From positions 478-64,477 of the forward strand of contig JAPLDX010000055.1 in NCBI GenBank assembly GCA_026391215.1: DNA of 64,000 bases, in the 5' to 3' direction. The position numbers and the translations under genes are program-made. Below the pieces are notes generated by a model. That model saw only the letters and a program-made list of their open reading frames with translations, did no database searches and was not told the DNA's origin. This document shows, piece after piece, positions 1-10,293 of this stretch. Source of the DNA: Bacteroidia bacterium (GTDB taxonomy: Bacteria > Bacteroidota > Bacteroidia > Bacteroidales > VadinHA17). How positions within the stretch are numbered: position 1 is the first letter of the stretch; each line of letters starts with the position of its first letter.

Positions 1-16
1 ATACTTATTTGTTCTT

Positions 17-139
17 CATGTACCCTTCTCCCAACCCCCTTCCCTTCTGAAGTAGGGCAGGGGGCTTATATTGTTGTAAATCAATAGTTTCCCCCACCTT
101 GCTTTAGCAGGGAGGGGGATAAAGGGGCGTGGGTACATG
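17..139. repeat. GC-rich composite palindromic element: outer 9-bp inverted repeat enclosing two GC-rich hairpins
   Basis: catgtaccc (17-25) pairs perfectly with gggtacatg (131-139). Inner hairpin 35-64 is ccccct(t)ccct/aggg(c)aggggg. Inner hairpin 91-118 is cccccaccttgc-ttta-gcagggaggggg. Strong GC outlier in an AT-rich genome. Confidence 0.5.
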
Positions 140-174
140 TAACTCAACAGGAGAAAATTCAGTATCTTTATAAC

Positions 175-3100
175 ATGGGAGAAGGCACGCTTACCATATA
201 CAGTGCATCAGCAGGATCGGGAAAGACATTTAACCTTACACGGGTATACCTCACCCGTCTTTTCAGATCCGGATACGGTTATCGCAGGATACTGGCAGTG
301 ACATTTACCAACAAAGCCACAGCCGAAATGAAAAGCAGGATCCTCGATCAGCTTTATTTATTGTCAAATGGAGGTGAGTCAGATTATCTGGAACATATTA
401 TTAAAGATACAGGGAGTAGTGAAGAAGAAATCAGGAATGAAGCAGGGGAGATACTGTTTGCGATCCTCCACGATTTCTCACGTTTCTCTGTGTGCACCAT
501 AGATGCTTTCTTTCAGAAAATACTGCGGGCATTCACCAGAGAGGCAGGACTGCACTCAGGATTCAATATTGAGCTGGATCATAGTCTGATACTCTCAACA
601 GCCGTTGATGAGATGATAGCCTCCTCAGCAACCGACTCAAAGATCAGGAATTGGCTGATTCACTACGTGATGGCAAACCTTGAGGAGGAGAAAAGCTGGG
701 ACCTGAAAGGAGATATCATGAAGCTGGCAGAGGAGCTTTTCAGGGAAAAATTCAGGATCCTGTCAGAAGATGAGAGAACCAACCTGGAGAATAAGGAATT
801 CCTGCTCGGCTATATCAGGAAGATACACATCTTAAAATCATCAATTGAAGGAGATCTCGTCAAACTAGGTAAGAAATGTGAAGAGATATTCAACGAACAT
901 GGCCTTACCGATGATATGTTCTACCAGAAAGGGAAAGGTATTCCCGGTTTTATCAGGTCACTGGCAGAGGGATCCGTAAAGGAACCGAATTCTTATGTGT
1001 TGAAGATACTTGAGGATCCGCCCAAATGGTCAACAGGCAAACCAGCACCTCCTCTGCAGGAAGCAATTGCCGGAGGACTGGAAAGTGCTTTAATAAAGGT
1101 GATAGGCTTTTGTAACACTAATATAATTAATTACAGAAGTGCAGATACAGTTCTTTCAAATATTTATGCACTCGGTATTCTGTCTGATGTACTTAAAAGG
1201 GTACACCAGGTAGCCTCCTCTGAGAACAGCTTCCTGCTGTCTGAGGCGGGAGAGGTATTGAGCCTGATAACAGGAGGGGAACAGACTCCATTCATATATG
1301 AAAAGATCGGTAACATATACGAAAATTACATGATCGACGAATTCCAGGATACCTCATGGCTGCAATGGAAGAATTTTCACCCTCTGATTAATGAAAGCAT
1401 GGCCAGGGGATGCGATAATCTCGTTGTGGGAGATATTAAGCAATCGATCTACAGGTGGAGGAACAGTGACTTGCAGATACTCGCAGGGATGAAGGATAAC
1501 CTGGTTGACGGTAAAAGATTTCTCAGTAAGCCTCTGGTGTCAAACTGGAGAAGCCGTTCAAATATTATCAGGTTTAATAACTCACTCTTTTCTGTGATCC
1601 CGGCTCTTGCCGATAAGACGTTCTCTGAAAATTCTCCTTCATCTTATTTCAGGAAACTGTATTCTGAAGCAGTACAGCTTGATGCCGGCAATCGCAGCGG
1701 CGGATATGTCAGGATCGAATTCCTTGATGATGAAAAAGAAAATGGAAATGAAGACGCGAATACCAAAAGCAGTAATAAAAGATGGCAGGATATTGTGCTG
1801 GAGAAGCTCCCCTGCATAATTGAATCATTTCAGGATAAGGGATATAAAGCTTCCGATATAGGAATAATCGTAAGGGAGGGCAGGGATGGAGAAGCCGTTG
1901 TCGGGCGAATGATTGAGTATGCCGGCGCCTGCACTCCGGAAAAGAAAAACAGATATAATTACAACATAGTATCAAGTGATTCATTGTCGCTTTCCGCCTC
2001 TCATGCCCTGACCTTCATAATCTCGGCAATAAAAGTGCTTGATGATCCTGAAGACATGATAAGCAGGGCGCAGATGGTCAGGTTTTTACTGATGGCGACA
2101 GGTAATGAGAATGCAGACAGGGTACCTCTCTTCAGCAATAGTCTGGCTGATAATTTCCACGGCTGCTTCCCTGACGGCTTTGAGGAGTTCATGGAGAAAG
2201 CCAGGCAGCTTACGCTCTTTGAAGCAACAGAAAGCATCATAGGCTTTTTCGGGTTGGGGAGATACTCATCGAACGTGGCATACCTCGATACTTTTCAGGA
2301 CCTGGTTCTGGGTTTCTCAGGAAGCAAAAGTGCTGATTTCAAGTCATTTCTGGAGTGGTGGGAGACAACAGGGAAGACTAAATCAGTCATACTTCCGGCA
2401 AATCAGGATGCCGCAAGAGTTTTCACGATTCATAAATCAAAAGGGCTGGAATTCAGGATTGTCATTCTTCCATTCATTTCCTGGAACCTTGATCACAAAG
2501 CCTCAAAATCCCCTATACTATGGGTAAAGCCCGAAGGGCCTCCTTTTAATGAGCTTGGGATAGTTCCGGTAAGATATGGCAAGGCACTGGCAGACACTAT
2601 TTTTGTCGGCGATTTCAACGCCGAAAAATGTTCTGTTTACATCGATAATATTAACCTTCTTTATGTTGCGATGACCAGGGCGATGGATGCAATAGTAGGT
2701 TTTGCGCCTGAAAGCCATGATTCAGGTGAAGCCATTGCCGGACTCCTTAAAGATGCTTTGACTTCAGATGATAATCCTGCCGGAAAATCGGGCATCTTCC
2801 TTAAAACAAATTATGATGCAGGTAAAAAGATATTTGAATTCGGAGTGATGCCTGAAAACAAAGATAAGCGCCCTGAAAAAAGGAACCGGATTACCGGGAA
2901 TTACATTGTGAGCCGGAAGCCGGAAGCGCTCAGGCTTAAGCTGCATGGGGAAAATTACTTTTCAGCCGACAGGAAAGAAAAGATAAACTATGGAAAGCTG
3001 ATGCATATGGTTTTTGAAAGCATAAGCTCCTCAGATGACATCCCTTCTGCTGTCAGACGCCTTGTGCTTGAAGGCATGATAGTGGATCCCGAAGCAGCCA

Positions 3101-3399
3101 TGCTCGAAGAGAAGCTGCAGAAACTCATTTCCACTTCTCCCGTATCGGAATGGTTCAAACCGGGGATCAATGTGATGAAGGAGGCCGGGATACTAATGCC
3201 ATCGGGACATACCCGTCGTCCGGACAGGATTATCCTCAGGGATAACAAGACAATTATTATTGATTTCAAATTTGGTGAAGAGAATAGCCGGTACACCGAC
3301 CAGGTAAGGCAATACCGAAAACTTCTGACAGATATGGGATACAAAGATATTGAGGCTTACCTGTGGTATGTCGATAAGAATAAAATTGTCAATGCATGA
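175..3399 (+). CDS. AddA/RecB-like UvrD-family helicase with C-terminal PD-(D/E)XK nuclease domain
   Basis: 1074-aa ORF. Walker A is ASAGSGKT near the N-terminus. UvrD-type motifs include TFTNKATAEM, DEFQDTS and TIHKSKGLEF. C-terminal RecB-type nuclease motif is RPDRIIL..IIIDFKFG. Confidence 0.85.
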   Translation: MGEGTLTIYSASAGSGKTFNLTRVYLTRLFRSGYGYRRILAVTFTNKATAEMKSRILDQLYLLSNGGESDYLEHIIKDTGSSEEEIRNEAGEILFAILHDFSRFSVCTIDAFFQKILRAFTREAGLHSGFNIELDHSLILSTAVDEMIASSATDSKIRNWLIHYVMANLEEEKSWDLKGDIMKLAEELFREKFRILSEDERTNLENKEFLLGYIRKIHILKSSIEGDLVKLGKKCEEIFNEHGLTDDMFYQKGKGIPGFIRSLAEGSVKEPNSYVLKILEDPPKWSTGKPAPPLQEAIAGGLESALIKVIGFCNTNIINYRSADTVLSNIYALGILSDVLKRVHQVASSENSFLLSEAGEVLSLITGGEQTPFIYEKIGNIYENYMIDEFQDTSWLQWKNFHPLINESMARGCDNLVVGDIKQSIYRWRNSDLQILAGMKDNLVDGKRFLSKPLVSNWRSRSNIIRFNNSLFSVIPALADKTFSENSPSSYFRKLYSEAVQLDAGNRSGGYVRIEFLDDEKENGNEDANTKSSNKRWQDIVLEKLPCIIESFQDKGYKASDIGIIVREGRDGEAVVGRMIEYAGACTPEKKNRYNYNIVSSDSLSLSASHALTFIISAIKVLDDPEDMISRAQMVRFLLMATGNENADRVPLFSNSLADNFHGCFPDGFEEFMEKARQLTLFEATESIIGFFGLGRYSSNVAYLDTFQDLVLGFSGSKSADFKSFLEWWETTGKTKSVILPANQDAARVFTIHKSKGLEFRIVILPFISWNLDHKASKSPILWVKPEGPPFNELGIVPVRYGKALADTIFVGDFNAEKCSVYIDNINLLYVAMTRAMDAIVGFAPESHDSGEAIAGLLKDALTSDDNPAGKSGIFLKTNYDAGKKIFEFGVMPENKDKRPEKRNRITGNYIVSRKPEALRLKLHGENYFSADRKEKINYGKLMHMVFESISSSDDIPSAVRRLVLEGMIVDPEAAMLEEKLQKLISTSPVSEWFKPGINVMKEAGILMPSGHTRRPDRIILRDNKTIIIDFKFGEENSRYTDQVRQYRKLLTDMGYKDIEAYLWYVDKNKIVNA

Positions 3400-4373
3400 A
3401 GGCTGAACAGGTAAAAAATATGGAATATCAGTGGGGGCATCAAAGGAGGTTCAATGCTTACCCTGACTATTTCAGGAAGCTGTTTGGAGCCAGGATACAG
3501 AAGGTTTCCATTGATGCGGGATTTACCTGTCCTAACCGCGACGGGACAAAAGGAACCGGCGGTTGTACATACTGCAATAATGATGCATTCAATCCTTCAT
3601 ACTGTATTCCTCAAAAATCTGTTACCCGCCAGATAGAGGAGGGAATTGAATTTCATAAGAACAGATATCGAAAAGCCGGATATTATCTTGCCTATTTTCA
3701 GGCTTATTCAAACACTTACGCTTCTCTTGAAAAGCTTATGGAGCTTTATGAAGAGGCTTTGCGTTATCCCGGAGTTGCCGGACTTATCATAGGAACAAGG
3801 CCTGATTGCATTGATAATGAAAAACTTGCATATTTCAAGGAGCTTTCCAGGAGATATTATTTTGCCCTGGAATATGGCATTGAATCCTGCTATGATAAAA
3901 CATTGAAGAGGATAAACAGGAGACATACTTATAAGGAAGCTGCGGATGCTGTCAGGGTAACGGCAGCGCTTGGAATTAATACAGGAGCTCATTATATTTT
4001 TGGCTTGCCGGGCGAAACACCCGATGAGATGCTGGCAGAAGCGGAGATCATCTCTGAATTGCCGCTAACGATGGTGAAATTCCATCAGCTCCAGATATTC
4101 AAAGGAACTGCAATGGAAACAGAGTTCCGGAAAAATCCTTCTGATTTTCACCTATTTACACTGGAAAATTATCTTGATTTCTTTACCAGGTTCCTTGAAA
4201 AACTGAATCCTGCAATTGTGGTCGAACGCTTCACGGGCGAGGCTCCTCCCAGATTCCTTGCAGATCTGCCATGGAGCAGAAAACGTACTGACCAGATCGC
4301 AGTACTTATTGAAAAACGCCTTGAAGAACTCAATACCTGGCAAGGCCGGAAATATAATGGACAGCATGACTGA
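3396..4373 (+). CDS. TIGR01212/YhcC-family radical SAM protein (function unknown)
   Basis: Cluster motif CPNRDGTKGTGGCTYCN, plus LAYFQAYSNTY and GTRPDC, all typical of the YhcC family. The ATG overlaps the upstream stop (ATGA at 3396-3399). Confidence 0.85.
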   Translation: MKAEQVKNMEYQWGHQRRFNAYPDYFRKLFGARIQKVSIDAGFTCPNRDGTKGTGGCTYCNNDAFNPSYCIPQKSVTRQIEEGIEFHKNRYRKAGYYLAYFQAYSNTYASLEKLMELYEEALRYPGVAGLIIGTRPDCIDNEKLAYFKELSRRYYFALEYGIESCYDKTLKRINRRHTYKEAADAVRVTAALGINTGAHYIFGLPGETPDEMLAEAEIISELPLTMVKFHQLQIFKGTAMETEFRKNPSDFHLFTLENYLDFFTRFLEKLNPAIVVERFTGEAPPRFLADLPWSRKRTDQIAVLIEKRLEELNTWQGRKYNGQHD

Positions 4374-4375
4374 TT

Positions 4376-7276
4376 ATGGAATATTTCCTTGAGCATATCG
4401 CAAAGCATTTATATTCGGAGCATGGCAATCGCCTGAACAGCCACTGCCTTGTCTTCCCGAACCGCCGTGCAGGGCTCTTTTTTCTTAAATATCTGGCAGC
4501 GGAAATAAGCCAGCCTGTATGGACACCGGCTATAATGACCATAAATGACTTGTTCCGTTCACTGTCAGAATTGAAGTCAGCAGAGAATGAGATCCTGCTG
4601 CTTGAGTTATATAAAGTATACCGTGTTGTAAAAAAAAGCAGCGAGAGCTTTGATGATTTTTATTTCTGGGGAGATATGCTTCTCAATGACTTTGATGATG
4701 TAGACAAATATTTGGTTGATGCATCAAAGCTTTTCCGCAATGTGCAGGATATTAAAGAGATAGATCAACAATTTGGAGGTCTGTCACCAGAACAGATTGA
4801 GATTGTAAAACGGTTCTGGGTCAATTTTGATCCTGAAAAAATAACGGAACAAAAAATAGAATTCAAAAGCGTCTGGTCAATCCTGGATGATCTGTATAAA
4901 GCCTTCAGGAAAAACCTGAAAGAAAAAGATATTGCCTATGAAGGCATGATATTCAGGGATGTTGCTGAAGATTCCGGAAGAGAAAACATGTCAGGTCCCG
5001 GATGGGAGATGTTTCATTTTATAGGATTCAATGCGCTTAACGAATGCGAAAAGTCACTTATGACCAGGTTGAAAAAAACAGGCAGGGCAAAGTTTTACTG
5101 GGATTTTGATAATTCGTACATTAAAGGAAGCAAGCTGAATTCGGCCGGTTATTTCATGCGCGATAACATTAAGGTCTTTGGAAATGACATGCCCGGGGAA
5201 TGGAGCTATGAAACCCTTCTTTCAAAACATTCTTCTTCTGTAAAACACAGGATTATTGACACATCATCCGATGTGGCGCAGGTGAAGCTTATTCCGGAGC
5301 TGATCAATGAAATACCCGGACTTACTCCTGAAAATGCACATGAAACAGCAGTAATCCTGGCTGATGAGAATCTATTGATGCCTGTACTGACAAGTCTTCC
5401 TGAAAACATCCCTGACATTAATATAACAATGGGTTACCCCCTGAGGCATACATCAGTATATACCCTCATAAAGCACCTTCTGGATCTTCAGCGAAATGCT
5501 GTGGTACAGGACGGCATCATTCTTTTCCTCCATAGGGATGTGATAAACATCCTGAAACACAGTCTGGTTACTGAGATGATTGAAGAAAAGGATCAGGTGA
5601 TCATCAGGGAGATCATTGAGAAAAACCTGATACGGATACCTTCAGGACGTTTTGAGAAACCAGAGATTCTTGCCACGATCTTCACAAGACCTTCTTCACC
5701 GGCACATACCTCCGGTTATCTGAAATCGGTGATGACACTTATTGTTCAGCATGAACTGTCAGAAAAGGAGGTACAGGGAATTGATCTGGCCAACAGAAAC
5801 ATCAGGAATGAATTTATTTACAGGGCAATACTGTCGATAAACAGGCTCGATACCGTGACTGCCAGTCCGGAAATAAGCTTTACTCTGAATACCTGGATCA
5901 GCCTGCTTGATGGGCTTTTAAGAAATCAGTCCGTGCCGTTTTCCGGGGAGCCCCTTTCGGGTATCCAGATAATGGGTATTCTTGAGACCAGGTCACTTGA
6001 TTTTAAGAACCTGATTGTATTATCAGTCAACGAAGGTATAATTCCTGCCATCACAACCGGATCATCATTTATCCCTTTCAGCCTCCGTGAGGCTTTCGGC
6101 CTGCCGTCAATAAATCACAGGGAATCGGTTTATGCTTACCATTTCTACAGGCTTCTGCAACGGGCAGAAAATGTGACATTCATTTTCAACTCTAATCCTG
6201 AGGGTCTGAGAAGCGGGGAGATGAGCAGGTTTCTTCAACAGATGAAATATGATCCTCTGTTGAAACCGGAATTCCTGAATCTGGGCTTCGAGATCAGGAA
6301 CCGCAGTACTGTCAGTGAAGAAATTGAACGTACAGAGGAGCATCAACGTCAGCTTAATAGCAGGTTTTCAACCAGTGATAAAAATATGATCCTTTCTCCA
6401 ACAGCAATTAACATGTGGCTTAATTGCAGTATGAAGTTTTATTACCGGTATGTCTGCGGACTGAAGGAGCCTGAAAGCATAACCGAGGAAATTGATCCGG
6501 CATTGCTGGGCACCCTGCTGCATGAAACCATGAAAAACCTTTATCAGGGATTTATTGGAAAAAGGGTTAGTGCTTCGTCAATAGATACAATTCTGTCTGA
6601 TAAACAATCACTCCTGAAGCTGATCAACAGGACTATCAGAAAAGTATTCAGCAGGGAAAATGACACTGCTGCTACTGGTAACGAGCTGATTGTTACGGAA
6701 GTACTGATGGTGTATATAGGAAGGATACTTGAAGCTGATAGAATGTCATCTCAATTTGTCATAGAGGACCTTGAAAGACCCGTCAGGTTTCCGGCTGAAG
6801 CAGGAGAAGGCGAAAGTATTATCAGACTCCTTGCCGGGGGCAATATCGACCGTATTGACAGTAAGGATGGCATAACGAGGATCCTTGACTATAAGACCGG
6901 AGCAATAGCTGATTCAATTAGCTCGGTCAGCGATCTGTTCAATGAAAACAGGAAAAAGGATTATGACGGCTGGCTCCAGACATTGCTTTATTGCGAAGGC
7001 TATCTCCATGAGAAGCCGGAAAGGGTAGTTCGTCCATCAGTTTATAAAGTAAAAAAAGCACCCGGTGAAAACCTGGATGACAGGCTTCTGATTAAAGAGA
7101 GTAAAGGTGAAGAGATCCCTGTTGATGATTATAGTGCTATAAGACATGAATTTATGCTGGGACTGGAATCAGTTGTACATACAATATTCAAAAGCGATGA
7201 GCCATTCATAATGACCTCAGATACCTGGGGCAAATGCTCATATTGTCCATACAGCAGGTTGTGTTTAAGACAATAA
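4376..7276 (+). CDS. AddB-like PD-(D/E)XK nuclease family protein with C-terminal Fe-S cysteine motif
   Basis: 966-aa ORF starting 2 nt after the radical SAM stop. Nuclease motif is GNIDRID..ILDYKTG. C-terminal CSYCPYSRLC (CX2CX5C) plus upstream Cys residues (NCSMKFYYRYVCG) resemble the AddB iron staple. No clear Walker A. Confidence 0.75.
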   Translation: MEYFLEHIAKHLYSEHGNRLNSHCLVFPNRRAGLFFLKYLAAEISQPVWTPAIMTINDLFRSLSELKSAENEILLLELYKVYRVVKKSSESFDDFYFWGDMLLNDFDDVDKYLVDASKLFRNVQDIKEIDQQFGGLSPEQIEIVKRFWVNFDPEKITEQKIEFKSVWSILDDLYKAFRKNLKEKDIAYEGMIFRDVAEDSGRENMSGPGWEMFHFIGFNALNECEKSLMTRLKKTGRAKFYWDFDNSYIKGSKLNSAGYFMRDNIKVFGNDMPGEWSYETLLSKHSSSVKHRIIDTSSDVAQVKLIPELINEIPGLTPENAHETAVILADENLLMPVLTSLPENIPDINITMGYPLRHTSVYTLIKHLLDLQRNAVVQDGIILFLHRDVINILKHSLVTEMIEEKDQVIIREIIEKNLIRIPSGRFEKPEILATIFTRPSSPAHTSGYLKSVMTLIVQHELSEKEVQGIDLANRNIRNEFIYRAILSINRLDTVTASPEISFTLNTWISLLDGLLRNQSVPFSGEPLSGIQIMGILETRSLDFKNLIVLSVNEGIIPAITTGSSFIPFSLREAFGLPSINHRESVYAYHFYRLLQRAENVTFIFNSNPEGLRSGEMSRFLQQMKYDPLLKPEFLNLGFEIRNRSTVSEEIERTEEHQRQLNSRFSTSDKNMILSPTAINMWLNCSMKFYYRYVCGLKEPESITEEIDPALLGTLLHETMKNLYQGFIGKRVSASSIDTILSDKQSLLKLINRTIRKVFSRENDTAATGNELIVTEVLMVYIGRILEADRMSSQFVIEDLERPVRFPAEAGEGESIIRLLAGGNIDRIDSKDGITRILDYKTGAIADSISSVSDLFNENRKKDYDGWLQTLLYCEGYLHEKPERVVRPSVYKVKKAPGENLDDRLLIKESKGEEIPVDDYSAIRHEFMLGLESVVHTIFKSDEPFIMTSDTWGKCSYCPYSRLCLRQ

Positions 7277-7328
7277 TAACAACAAATCATTATTTTATTT
7301 AATTTGGTGTCCAGTTTAAAACATCTGA

Positions 7329-9071
7329 ATGAAAACCGGGTATAGAGATTATCATGTTGATATCAAAAATGTTAAATTTATTGCTGATGACGGAAGAACA
7401 TGCCCCCGTACAGCAATTGTGACATTCCATGATTCAAAAGGCAAGGCGATTTATAATGAGCTTTTTGGAGCAATTGAAGCAAGTTCAATCTATGATCTTA
7501 TAAAAGAGGGGAAAGACATAAATCTTGATAATTTTTATATTTCCGACTTTTCCTTGTCGTTTTTCAGAGGGCATAATAATATTGATAAGAAAGGAATTGT
7601 CCCGATTAAAAGCTTTTCTGCAAAAAATGCATTTTTTGAATCACCAATATGCAACGATTTCTCACATGCTTCATTTGCAGATGGTGATGTCAGCTTCGAA
7701 GGAACTCACTTTGGAAAAGGCAAAGTATCTTTCACGGGTTCTGTTTTCGGAAAGGGCAACGTAATCTTTTCAAATACATATTTCAGGGATGGGAACATTG
7801 AGTTTGCAGGCTCATCCTTCGGTGAAGGTGATTTTATGTTAAAAAATGCGCTTGTAAATGACGGGATCAAGGATTTTCAGGATATTCAGTTCGGAAACGG
7901 TGAAGTAAGCTTTGCAAATACGGAATTCAGCAGCGGAGAGCTTCTATTCATAAACACGCGGTTTAACAGCGGTCGTTTCAATTTTAAGGTAACACGCATA
8001 ACAGGAGGCAAAGTTGATTTTCATTATTCCGTTTTCGGGGATTGTGAAATTACATTTGAAAGAACAGAATTCGGAAATAGCAGGGTTGATTTCAGAACTG
8101 TTGATTTCGGTTCAGGCAGGATAAATTTCAACAGGTCGGTCTTTGGGAATGGAGAGGTGGATTTTGAAGGCGCCTCTTCAAAGGCGGGCAAAATCCAGTT
8201 TAAGAAATCAGAAATGGGAGTGGGTCCTAAAAACTTCAATCTCATGGAAATGGATGATACAGAAATCAGTTTCGAAAGAACCAGTTTTGGAGAAGGCGAT
8301 GTATCTTTCTATGAATCAAAGTTTCAGACATTATCACTTAAATCATGTCATCTTAATAGTTATTTTGACCTGAGGCTTGCGCAGGCCCAGGTACTGGATA
8401 TTTCAGATACTATAGTGCGTGATATTGTTGACCTTGAACCCTATGATTTTCCTGTTGACATACAAATCCTCGATTTATCGGGAATGCGTCTTGTAGGCAA
8501 GATGTATATTGACTGGGTACAGAATAAATGCAAAAAGGTCATTACGAGCCAGGGAGGTACCACCCTGAGACAAAAAGCTGAACAGTTCAGGATACTTAAG
8601 GAGAATTTCAACGATACGGGCAAATACTCCGATGAGGATGAAGCCTATGTAATGTTTAAACGGTATGAAGCCAAATCATGGTTAACAAAACAAAAAGAAA
8701 AAGGAGGACTGACAAAGGTTCTGAGCTATATTCCGCATGGATTCAAGTGGCTGGTTTTTGATGCAATGGGACTCTATGCCACCAATCCTGCAAGGGTACT
8801 GATTTCAATGGCTGCCGGATATCTCCTGTTCAGCGTTATTTATGTTCTGGTGATTTTATTTACAAATGGAGATGTTGTGTCCTCCACATCTGACCAGTTG
8901 GGAGTTTTTGCACGTTCATTTTACCATAGTGCAATAACTTTCTTTACTATTGGTTATGGTGATCATTATCCTCATGGAATTGCAAGGGTTGTTTCAGCAA
9001 TTGAAGGATTTATGGGGGTGTTCCTGATGTCTTATTTTACTGTTGCTTTTGTAAGAAAGGTCCTGCGATAA
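7329..9071 (+). CDS. Pentapeptide-repeat (beta-helix) domain fused to a 2-TM potassium channel pore
   Basis: About 250 aa of 5-residue periodic repeats (e.g. VSFEGTHFGKGKVSFTGSVFGKGNVIFSNTYF..). These are followed by two hydrophobic helices flanking the K+ selectivity filter FFTIGYGDHYP. Confidence 0.8.
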   Translation: MKTGYRDYHVDIKNVKFIADDGRTCPRTAIVTFHDSKGKAIYNELFGAIEASSIYDLIKEGKDINLDNFYISDFSLSFFRGHNNIDKKGIVPIKSFSAKNAFFESPICNDFSHASFADGDVSFEGTHFGKGKVSFTGSVFGKGNVIFSNTYFRDGNIEFAGSSFGEGDFMLKNALVNDGIKDFQDIQFGNGEVSFANTEFSSGELLFINTRFNSGRFNFKVTRITGGKVDFHYSVFGDCEITFERTEFGNSRVDFRTVDFGSGRINFNRSVFGNGEVDFEGASSKAGKIQFKKSEMGVGPKNFNLMEMDDTEISFERTSFGEGDVSFYESKFQTLSLKSCHLNSYFDLRLAQAQVLDISDTIVRDIVDLEPYDFPVDIQILDLSGMRLVGKMYIDWVQNKCKKVITSQGGTTLRQKAEQFRILKENFNDTGKYSDEDEAYVMFKRYEAKSWLTKQKEKGGLTKVLSYIPHGFKWLVFDAMGLYATNPARVLISMAAGYLLFSVIYVLVILFTNGDVVSSTSDQLGVFARSFYHSAITFFTIGYGDHYPHGIARVVSAIEGFMGVFLMSYFTVAFVRKVLR

Positions 9072-9074
9072 TTT

Positions 9075-9563
9075 TCACTTTTCCATCTCCCGCTGTAGTG
9101 CAGCCATTTTTATTGCCGCAACAGCAGCTTCATCGCCTTTATTCCCATGTATTCCACCGGCTCTGTCAGCAGCTTGCTGGTGAGTATCAGTGGTAAGAAC
9201 TCCGAAAATGAAAGGTATATTATAATCAAGATTTAGCTGTGTTATTCCCTGGGTTACCGCCTGACAGATATATGTGAAATGAGGAGTCTCTCCTTTGATG
9301 ACACATCCCAGGCAGATGACTGCATCGGGATCATCATATTCAGCAATAAACTGGGCACCAATAGTCAGCTCAAAACTTCCGGGGACATGCTTTATAATAA
9401 TGTTTTCGGTGGTTGCTCCGTGTCTTCTCAGGGTTTTTTCCGCGCTATCCAGCAAAGTCCATGTTATATCCCTGTTCCAGTCCGAAACCACAATCCCGAA
9501 CCTCATTTTCCCGGCATCAGGAATACTCTGCGGGTCATATTCGGATAAATTGGCGGTACCCAT
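9075..9563 (-). CDS. ribH: 6,7-dimethyl-8-ribityllumazine synthase
   Basis: 162-aa ORF with the typical lumazine synthase layout ([34 protein letters not shown]). Confidence 0.9.
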   Translation of the reverse strand: MGTANLSEYDPQSIPDAGKMRFGIVVSDWNRDITWTLLDSAEKTLRRHGATTENIIIKHVPGSFELTIGAQFIAEYDDPDAVICLGCVIKGETPHFTYICQAVTQGITQLNLDYNIPFIFGVLTTDTHQQAADRAGGIHGNKGDEAAVAAIKMAALQREMEK

Positions 9564-9567
9564 CCTA

Positions 9568-10248
9568 TTACATCAGAAGCTTAACTCGAGCGATATATTT
9601 ATCAATTGAAGATCCTTCAGTGCTTTCAGAATAATTATCCCGGATCCTTTCATATACTTTAAGAGCTTCATCGTATTTCCCGTTCATCTCATATAGCTCA
9701 CCTGCCTTCATCAGGAATAAAGGTGAATTGAATGAATTCCCGGCATAATCAGCTGCTTCAAGGTATTTTGCAATGCCCTTGTCAGTATCGCCAAGCTCTA
9801 CCCAGGCATCGCCTGTGGCACCTATAGCCAGGGAACCGAGCACCTTATCCTTCTTCGAGTATTTTCCCAGCATGTCTATTGCATCCTGGTACTGGCCGAG
9901 GTGAAGAAAACATATGCCAGCGCTGTAGCGTGCAAGATTGCCCGACTTTGTGAATTTGTAATTATCAGCTATATCAAGGAATCCAAGGTAATTGCCGTCG
10001 CCATACAAAGCCAGGTTAAGAGAATCATTCTCAAGATATCTTTCAGCCTGGTACATCTGCGACTGGGCTTCGTCATTCCGTTTATTCAGGTACATTTTTG
10101 CCAGCCAGAACAATCCGACAAGCACAACAACACCAACAAGTACATACAATAACAATTTGTAATTCTGCTCAAGAAAATGTTCGGTTTTTGTCAGGGTTTC
10201 CTCAACATTCTTTAGCCCTTGCGAATCTTCTCCTTTATTCTTTGCCAT
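9568..10248 (-). CDS. Membrane-anchored tetratricopeptide-repeat protein (YfgM-like)
   Basis: N-terminal TM helix ([19 protein letters not shown]) followed by TPR-like repeats. Lies 4 nt upstream of ribH on the same strand. Confidence 0.7.
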   Translation of the reverse strand: MAKNKGEDSQGLKNVEETLTKTEHFLEQNYKLLLYVLVGVVVLVGLFWLAKMYLNKRNDEAQSQMYQAERYLENDSLNLALYGDGNYLGFLDIADNYKFTKSGNLARYSAGICFLHLGQYQDAIDMLGKYSKKDKVLGSLAIGATGDAWVELGDTDKGIAKYLEAADYAGNSFNSPLFLMKAGELYEMNGKYDEALKVYERIRDNYSESTEGSSIDKYIARVKLLM

Positions 10249-10285
10249 ATCAGTTTTAAAAAATTGACTTTAATTTTTACCACCG

Positions 10286-10293
10286 CAAAAGTA
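10286..10293 (-). promoter_or_regulatory. Bacteroidota-type -7 promoter box TACTTTTG (TAnnTTTG) for the TPR-ribH operon
   Basis: Exact TAnnTTTG match on the minus strand, 38 nt upstream of the ATG at 10248. Confidence 0.5.
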
